Shown: in pieces, positions 28,420-34,565 of the stretch
How positions within the stretch are numbered: the stretch's first letter is position 1
Layout: every line of letters starts with the position of its first letter
From: an uncultured Acidobacteriota bacterium
GTDB lineage: Bacteria; Acidobacteriota; Terriglobia; Terriglobales; Acidobacteriaceae
DNA: 64,000 nt
Direction: 5' to 3'
NCBI GenBank assembly: GCA_963845725.1
Contig: CAWJTC010000008.1
Span: forward strand, 2,159 to 66,158
Notes under the pieces: model-generated
Databases searched by the model: none
The model's input: the letters and a program-made list of their open reading frames with translations, nothing else
Told to the model about the DNA's origin: nothing
Program-made: the position numbers and the translations under genes

Positions 28420-30816
28420 ATGAACCCACAATCTGCGTTCGCGGTTGACGTTGCCGAATTTGCCGCGGCCCTCTTGGCCCAGCAGGAGTCTGCCCCACGC
28501 GCGCAGTTAGTCGCAAATAAGGTTTCCGAGTTGCTGCTGGATACGGCAGTCGCGGTTTACCTCATCACGGACCAGGAAACTCCCGCCTGGACTGCCAAGG
28601 CAACCGCCGGCGATATCACGGTCGCTCAGACCGTAGAGTTTGACGCTGGAACGCTGGGAGCGGTAGCGGCGAAACGGGAACTCCTGGTGTTTGAGGTCAG
28701 CGGTCTTGCCCGGGAAGAATATGGCCACCTCGACATTCGACGGCAACTGGTCGCGCTCGCCTATGTACCCCTGCTGGTGAATGAGACTCTGATAGGCGCG
28801 ATCGAGTTGTTTCACTACGAACAGCCGTTTCCGGAAGCCATGCTGGAAGCGCTGAACGAGATCGCCGAGCTGGCTGCGCCGGCGCTCGCGGCGGCGCTTT
28901 TCTATGAAAGCGAGCGCAACACCAACCTGCACTCCATCAGCCGCGTCACCCAGATGTACGACCTGGAAAAGGTCTTCAATTCGACCCTGGAGATGGACGA
29001 ACTGCTGGGCACGATTGCGGGGAAGTTTCAGGAAGTCATGGCGGTGCAAGGCGTCAATTTGTGGATGGTCAATGGCGAAGATCTGGAATTGGTGGAGTGT
29101 GCCGGAGTCGACCGCACGGTGCAGGCTGGGATGGTGCAAAAACCGGGCGAAGGGATCGCGGGGGATCTCTCCGACAACGGCGAACCCGTGCTGATTGATG
29201 ATCCCGAGGATGAGCGCTTACAGAAGCGAAACCAAGGAGTGGAGGACGGGACTGTATTCTCCATCGTAGCCGCCGCGCTCATGGAGCACGATGCTCTGGT
29301 TGGCGTGGTTGAGGCGGTGAACCGGCTCGATGGGATGCCCTTCGACGAAGATGACGAGTTTCTGCTGACCAATATCTGCGAAACCGCCAGCAATGCGCTG
29401 CACAACGCCAGCTTGCTGCAAGCGGAACGCAAAGTGGAGATACTGGAAACCCTGGTTAAAGTCAGCAACGAAATTACCTCCACCCTCGACCTGGACCGGG
29501 TTCTGGACGCGATTGTCAACGGGCCCAGCAGCGTAATCCCTTATGAACGGGCGGCGATTGCGCTGGAGCAGCGGGGCCGTCTGCAACTGAAAGCAATAAC
29601 CGGGACGGCGAAGATAAATCCTCAAGACCCCGATACGTCGCGTCTACAGGAGTTGCTGGAATGGGCGTCATCGTCGAACCAGTCCATATTCGTGGTGCAG
29701 CACGGGGACGAAGTAGAGGACGAACGTCCCGAGACCCGCGCCAAGTTCGAGAAGTACTTTGCGGACAGCGGGATGCGCGCCTTTCATGCACTGCCGCTGG
29801 CGGATGACGACGGCACCGTGGGTATTCTTTCGTTCGAAAGCAGCGATCCGGATTTCCTCAGCACCGCCCATCTGGAAATGATCAAGGTGCTGGCCGGACA
29901 GGCGACGGTGGCGCTGCGCAATGCTTCCCTATATCGCGAAGTGCCATTCATAGATCTGCTCGAGCCCATCCTGGCAAGGAAACGCAAGTTCCTCGCGTTG
30001 GAGAAAGGCCGGCGGACGACCCTGGTGGCGGCAGCGGCTGTCGCCCTCTTGTTTTTTGCGGTTTTCCCCTTGCCGCTTCGTGTGGATGGCCCGGCTGTGG
30101 TTGCACCTGCGCATAGTGCGCGTGTGCAACCTGAAGTTGCAGGCGTGGTGCAGGCGGTGAACGTGCGAGAAGGTGATGCCGTGAAACAAGGCACCGTTCT
30201 GGCTCGGCTTGCGGATTGGCAATACCGCGACGAACTTGCCGCGGCCCAGGCCAAGTATGAGACCGCAGTTTCGCAAATGAACCGTGCGCTCGCTGCCAAC
30301 AACGGCACCGAGGCCGGCATCGAGCGCATCCAGGCGGACTACTGGTCTTCTGAAGTCGCCCGCGCCCGCGAGCGTTTGGAAAAGACACTGCTACGGTCTC
30401 CCATCGCCGGTCTGGTGGCCACACCCAATGTCGAGGACTCAGTCGGGCGCGATCTGAAACCCGGCGATACCTTTGCAGAGGTCGTCGATACTTCGCGCGC
30501 CACGGTGGATGTTGCCATCGACGAGCACGATGTTCCCCTCCTCCGCCAGGGAGACGAAGCCTCGGTGAAGCTCGAAGGATTTCCCTCGACCACGTTTCAC
30601 GGCGAGGTAATGGTTGTGAGCCCCAAGGGCCAGTTGCAAGGCGACGATCACGTCTTTTTTGCGCGGGTCAGCGTACCCAACAATCGGGGGCTGATCCGCG
30701 CCGGGATGCAAGGTCGCAGCAAGGTCTTTACCGCCTGGAGGCCTGCTGGAGAGGTCTTCTTCCGACGGCCCGCTATGTGGCTGTGGTCGGAAATTTGGTC
30801 GTGGTTTGGCTGGTGA
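28420..30816 (+). CDS. Triple-GAF sensor fused through one TM helix to a periplasmic membrane-fusion (HlyD-like) domain
   Basis: Intact ORF. The ATG at 28420 (MNPQSAF...) is preferred over the upstream extension. Three GAF-like blocks, then TM TTLVAAAAVALLFFAVFPLPL, then lipoyl/beta-barrel adaptor motifs (VQPEVAGVVQAVNVREGDAVKQGTVLARL, LRSPIAGLV) and a Trp-rich tail ...MWLWSEIWSWFGW. Confidence 0.8.
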   Translation: MNPQSAFAVDVAEFAAALLAQQESAPRAQLVANKVSELLLDTAVAVYLITDQETPAWTAKATAGDITVAQTVEFDAGTLGAVAAKRELLVFEVSGLAREEYGHLDIRRQLVALAYVPLLVNETLIGAIELFHYEQPFPEAMLEALNEIAELAAPALAAALFYESERNTNLHSISRVTQMYDLEKVFNSTLEMDELLGTIAGKFQEVMAVQGVNLWMVNGEDLELVECAGVDRTVQAGMVQKPGEGIAGDLSDNGEPVLIDDPEDERLQKRNQGVEDGTVFSIVAAALMEHDALVGVVEAVNRLDGMPFDEDDEFLLTNICETASNALHNASLLQAERKVEILETLVKVSNEITSTLDLDRVLDAIVNGPSSVIPYERAAIALEQRGRLQLKAITGTAKINPQDPDTSRLQELLEWASSSNQSIFVVQHGDEVEDERPETRAKFEKYFADSGMRAFHALPLADDDGTVGILSFESSDPDFLSTAHLEMIKVLAGQATVALRNASLYREVPFIDLLEPILARKRKFLALEKGRRTTLVAAAAVALLFFAVFPLPLRVDGPAVVAPAHSARVQPEVAGVVQAVNVREGDAVKQGTVLARLADWQYRDELAAAQAKYETAVSQMNRALAANNGTEAGIERIQADYWSSEVARARERLEKTLLRSPIAGLVATPNVEDSVGRDLKPGDTFAEVVDTSRATVDVAIDEHDVPLLRQGDEASVKLEGFPSTTFHGEVMVVSPKGQLQGDDHVFFARVSVPNNRGLIRAGMQGRSKVFTAWRPAGEVFFRRPAMWLWSEIWSWFGW

Positions 30817-30830
30817 ACCGAGGTGACGTC

Positions 30831-31720
30831 ATGAAACAAGACATCTTGATTGGGCTGGCGATTCTGATACTGGGCTTGAGTGGATGTAGCGGATCGAGAG
30901 AGACAGTCGCGGCCGCTGCCCCGGTTCAACCGCCTGAGCAGCCAGTCAGCGTACAAAAGGAAAATGTCTTCGTCGCCTCAGGCCCAATCGTGGTGGAGAA
31001 CGAGGTGGATGTCAGCGCATTGCGAGAATGGCCTGGTGGTGGAGATCTTTGCCCAGCCCGGCACTCAGGTTCGCAAGGGACAACTTCTGGCCAGACTCGA
31101 CGACCGCGAGATATCCGACGACGTTGAGGCCGCAGGCTGCCAGAGTCCGGTCGATAGAGGCAAATCTCAAGAATTGGCAGGCTGAGACCAAAGTTCTGCA
31201 GGCCGACCGCACTCGTGCCGAGAAACTGTACGAAGCGCAGGTCATTCCCAAGGAAGAACTGGAGCACGCGCAATACAAGGAAGAGGCCGACGAATACGAA
31301 GTACAGCGTGAAGCCGAAAGCCTGAATAACGCCAAGGCGACGGAAAAATCACTCGAAGTGGAGCGGGACAAAACCGATATCGTCGCTCCCTTCGGCGGAA
31401 TCGTCGCTCGCCGTTACGTGCGCGTCGGCCAGAGGGTTGCGGTCGGGGACCGACTTTTCTGGGTCACGGCGATGGGCCCCTTGCAGGTGAAATTCGCCCT
31501 GCCGGAACGTTTTTTTGGAAAGCTGCACGACGGCGAGCAGTTCACGGTGAGTTCGGCCGACATTTCTCCCGAAGCCAAGTACCCCGCCAGAATCGTTCAG
31601 GTCAGCCCGGTGGTGGATCCGGCGAGCGGAACGATTGACGTCCTGGCCCAGGTGGTCGGATCAGCTCCCGGCCTTCGGCCCGGCATGCTGGTGAACATCA
31701 GTCTCAGTCAGCAGCCATGA
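30831..31720 (+). pseudogene. Lipoprotein membrane-fusion (RND/HlyD adaptor-like) protein with two same-direction frameshifts
   Basis: ATG at 30831 after GAGGTGA. Lipobox LILGLSGC. ENGLVVEIFAQPGTQVRKGQLLARLDD reads only after a shift near 31022. QAARVRSIEANLKNWQAE...IVAPFGGIVARRYVRVGQRV reads after a second shift near 31135. Confidence 0.7.
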
Positions 31721-33867
31721 ACATCCTCGAAGCTCTGGATGTAGCGCTTCCGGAACTGCCGACGAAGAGTGCCCGCAAGAGCTATCCCAAGCTCGATCCT
31801 CAGGTCATATCCAAAGAGCACATTGAGCACGGAGTGCCGACCGTCCTCGCCAAAATGCCGGGCAGCAATAGTTTTGTCCGGCTCACCCCAGAGCAGTGGA
31901 AACTGCTTGAATTGTTCGATGGCGAACGGACGTACCAGGACGTTGCGGGCCTGACGGAAGAGGCAACCGGCGTAGCGTTTACGGAAGACGATGTGAAAGA
32001 GTTCGCATCCTTCCTGCAAGACCAGACCGACCTCTTCTACCGCACGCCGCTGGAAAAGAACATTACTTTAAAGCAGAAAGTGGGTGCCGATCGTCATAAG
32101 CGCAACCGCTTCGCAGTGGCCGACATCACGGACATCACGCTCCATCGCTGGCCGCGCGCCGACGATTATCTGACCAAACTCCAGCCCTACGTGCAGTTCG
32201 TTTACACGACTTGGTTCACCGTGCTCACGCTCCTCTGTTTTGGCGTCATGGTCTGGATGTGGGCTGACAAGGCGGGCGAAATCTGGGACGACAGCTTTCG
32301 CTTCTACAACTTCACGCAAAAGGGTTTCTGGGACCTGGTTGAGTTCTGGTTTCTGTTCGGGGCCATGGCCTTTTTCCACGAGTCGGGTCACGGTATGACC
32401 TGCAAGCAGTTTGGCGGAAAAGTGGAAAAGATGGAATTCCTTTTGATGTTTTTCGCGCCCACCTTCGTCTGCGATGTAACCCAGATCTGGATCATCGGCG
32501 ACCGCAAGGCCCGCCTGGCCACCATCATCTCCGGCATCTGGATCGACCTGATTATTTGTTTTCTGGCGACGACTATCTGGTGGGCAACCGTCCCTGGCAT
32601 GTGGATCCATGACTTCGCTTACAAGGTCATTATGGTTTCGGGGATCGGGGTCACGCTGCTAAACCTGAATCCCCTCATAAAACTCGACGGTTACTACATG
32701 TTTTCCGAAGTGGTAGGGGAGGCCGACCTGAAGGAACGGACCACCGTGTACGTTTCGGAATGGGTGAAAAAGAACCTCTTCGCCCTGCCCGTCGAAGTCG
32801 AATACATCCCCAGACGACGACGTTTTCTATATATCCTCTACGCGCTGCTATCAGGTATTTACAGCTACCTGCTGATTTTGTTCGTAGTTATTTTCATCTA
32901 TAACGTGCTGCGGTCCTACACTCCGGAGTATGCCTGGATACCGGGGTTGCTGGTCGCGTACCTCATGTTCAAATCGCGGATTCGGAAGCTGGTGAGATTT
33001 ATGAAGGACGTTTACCTGGACAAGAAAGATCGGTTGCGAGCGTGGTTTACCCCCACACGTACAATTGCCGTTTCCGCTGTGGCGCTGCTGCTGCTCCTGG
33101 CGCCGGTGTGGCCTGACTTCGTCGAGGGCCGCTTCGTGATTGAGCCCGCACAGCAGGCGGTGATCCGCGCGGAGGTGCCAGGAGTTGTGACGCAGGTGCT
33201 GGCCGCTGAGGGCCAGTCCGTCACACCGGGGGCCGTGCTGCTACGACTGCAAAACCTGGAACTTGAGTCGGCGGCAGCCCAGGCTGAGGCGGGGTTGCGT
33301 GAGGCGTCCGCCCGGGCGGCAGACGCGGGTCTGCACTACTCCGATTTCGGACGAGCCGAGCGCGTGCGCCAGGAAATGTCTCAGCGCTACCGCACTCTGG
33401 CTGATCAAGTCGGACATTTGCAAGTGGCGAGCCCGATTGCCGGTGTCGTGGTTACACCGCAGTTGAACGACCTACTGGGAAGCTACGTGGAGGCAGGGGC
33501 GCAAATGGTGGATGTCGCGAACCTCAGCACAATGCAGGCGCGAATTTACATCCCACAGTACGGGGTTCGCGACGTTCGAATCGGCACTAGAGTGCGGCTG
33601 CAATTGCACTCACAGTTCCTACCCATTTCGGGAACGCTGGCCTCGATCGCGCCTCTCTCCTCGCCAATCGATCCTGGCTTGGTCGAGAAGGCGGAACTGA
33701 GTGGCATCGTGCCGCCAGCATTCTATGTTGGCTCCGTAAGGCTTAAGAACAATGGAAGCCTCCGAGAAGGAATGACCGGTGCCGCCAAGTTGTTCGTTCG
33801 ACATCGCAGCGCAGCTGAAATGACGTGGAGATTCGCGCGCGACCTGGTGCGGCGTCGATTCTGGTAA
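31717..33867 (+). CDS. PqqD/RRE-like domain + M50 (site-2-protease family) intramembrane metalloprotease + C-terminal membrane-fusion (HlyD-like) domain
   Basis: Intact 716-aa ORF whose ATGA overlaps the preceding stop. HESGH at 32377-32391 and NLNPLIKLDG at 32662-32691 (both M50 signature motifs). Multiple TM helices. Adaptor motifs VIRAEVPGVVTQVLAAEGQSVTPGAVLLRL and VASPIAGVV. Tail ...MTWRFARDLVRRRFW. Confidence 0.85.
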   Translation: MNILEALDVALPELPTKSARKSYPKLDPQVISKEHIEHGVPTVLAKMPGSNSFVRLTPEQWKLLELFDGERTYQDVAGLTEEATGVAFTEDDVKEFASFLQDQTDLFYRTPLEKNITLKQKVGADRHKRNRFAVADITDITLHRWPRADDYLTKLQPYVQFVYTTWFTVLTLLCFGVMVWMWADKAGEIWDDSFRFYNFTQKGFWDLVEFWFLFGAMAFFHESGHGMTCKQFGGKVEKMEFLLMFFAPTFVCDVTQIWIIGDRKARLATIISGIWIDLIICFLATTIWWATVPGMWIHDFAYKVIMVSGIGVTLLNLNPLIKLDGYYMFSEVVGEADLKERTTVYVSEWVKKNLFALPVEVEYIPRRRRFLYILYALLSGIYSYLLILFVVIFIYNVLRSYTPEYAWIPGLLVAYLMFKSRIRKLVRFMKDVYLDKKDRLRAWFTPTRTIAVSAVALLLLLAPVWPDFVEGRFVIEPAQQAVIRAEVPGVVTQVLAAEGQSVTPGAVLLRLQNLELESAAAQAEAGLREASARAADAGLHYSDFGRAERVRQEMSQRYRTLADQVGHLQVASPIAGVVVTPQLNDLLGSYVEAGAQMVDVANLSTMQARIYIPQYGVRDVRIGTRVRLQLHSQFLPISGTLASIAPLSSPIDPGLVEKAELSGIVPPAFYVGSVRLKNNGSLREGMTGAAKLFVRHRSAAEMTWRFARDLVRRRFW

Positions 33868-33900
33868 CCACGCCCCCATCCGAACCCCTTAAAACACAAA

Positions 33901-33923
33901 AAGGGCCTGACTCGCAGGCCCTT
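33901..33923. terminator. Hairpin between convergent genes; it works as an intrinsic terminator for the minus-strand repeat ORF (T-tract on that strand)
   Basis: AAGGGCCTG-ACTCG-CAGGCCCTT, a perfect 9-bp stem. On the minus strand it is followed by TTTGTGTTTT. Confidence 0.65.
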
Positions 33924-33962
33924 CTTGGCGACATTCCAAACGGAATTCTAAGGTTGAAGCTG

Positions 33963-34301
33963 TTATGCCGGCCGAACTGCTGGCCGTACCGCTGGCCTCA
34001 CCGCCGGACGCACTGCTGGCCGAACTGCCGGGCGTACAGCGGGTCTGACGGCAGGGCGCACCGCTGGCCGAACTGCGGGTCTAACGGCGGGGCGTACCGC
34101 TGGTCGAACTGCTGGCCGGACCGCCGGGCGTACGGCTGGCCGGACGGCTGGGCGTACTGCTGGCCGGACGGCTGGGCGTACTGCTGGCCGGACGGCTGGG
34201 CGTACTGCGGCAGCAATCTGAGGTGACTGAGTCGGGGTGGCCAGGATAGCCTTCTTCACCGCCGTCCGCTGACTGATGAGAGACTTTTTTTGGACTGACA
34301 T
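33963..34301 (-). CDS. Hypothetical, extremely basic 112-aa protein: 31-aa unique N-terminus followed by 20 perfect Ala-Val-Arg-Pro repeats
   Basis: ATG at 34301 lies 8 nt after AAGGAG. A sigma-54 promoter lies upstream and a hairpin terminator downstream. All repeat-unit differences are synonymous in this frame only. Confidence 0.7.
   Translation of the reverse strand: MSVQKKSLISQRTAVKKAILATPTQSPQIAAAVRPAVRPAVRPAVRPAVRPAVRPAVRPAVRPAVRPAVRPAVRPAVRPAVRPAVRPAVRPAVRPAVRPAVRPAVRPAVRPA
33969..34208 (-). repeat. Coding minisatellite: 20 x 12-nt units (the first six form 3 identical 24-nt units)
   Basis: Read directly from the sequence as GCN GTN (CGN/AGR) CCN x 20. Confidence 0.95.
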
Positions 34302-34374
34302 TTGGAATCTCCTTTTTTATTTTGATTTCTCAATCGCGCCGGCTGAGCACCTCAGCGCTTACGCCTGTTCATGT

Positions 34375-34390
34375 AGCAAGGTGGATGCCA
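34375..34390 (-). promoter_or_regulatory. Sigma-54 (-24/-12) promoter upstream of the AVRP-repeat ORF
   Basis: The minus strand reads TGGCATCCACCTTGCT, against the consensus TGGCAC-N5-TTGCW with exact spacing and one mismatch. It lies about 75-90 nt upstream of the ATG at 34301. Confidence 0.7.
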
Positions 34391-34514
34391 AACTAACCCG
34401 GCCGGCGCCAGAAAAAGGGAACTTAGTATTTTCAGATACTTGCGGGCCGCAGCCAAGATTCGTGACACATCCGACGAAAGCTTGGAAATGGAATGGGTTA
34501 AAAATCAAACCTAC

Positions 34515-34564
34515 AAGGTATTAATATTTAATCGTTCGTCTATCAGAAGGTTAATTCCTAATCG
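34515..34564 (-). promoter_or_regulatory. Pair of AT-rich direct repeats, a possible upstream activator site for the sigma-54 activator
   Basis: AAGGTATTAATATTTAATCG (34515-34534) and AAGGTTAATTCCTAATCG (34547-34564), 125-175 nt upstream of the -24 element. Confidence 0.3.
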
Positions 34565-34565
34565 C

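Noticed and set aside
33969-34208. Could the 12/24-nt periodic tract be a CRISPR array or a non-coding minisatellite?
   Set aside because: There are no spacers and the units are contiguous and far too short for CRISPR repeats. The strictly synonymous pattern of variation argues for coding rather than non-coding repeat DNA.
33825-34226. Alternative ORFs over the repeat tract: plus-strand 133-aa W/P/C-rich ORF (33825-34226) and minus-strand 72-aa QYAQPSGQ ORF (33998-34216)
   Set aside because: Their repeat units are not conserved at the peptide level; they drift wherever the AVRP frame has synonymous changes. They also lack a start context comparable to AAGGAG-N8-ATG. They are shadow frames of the AVRP ORF.
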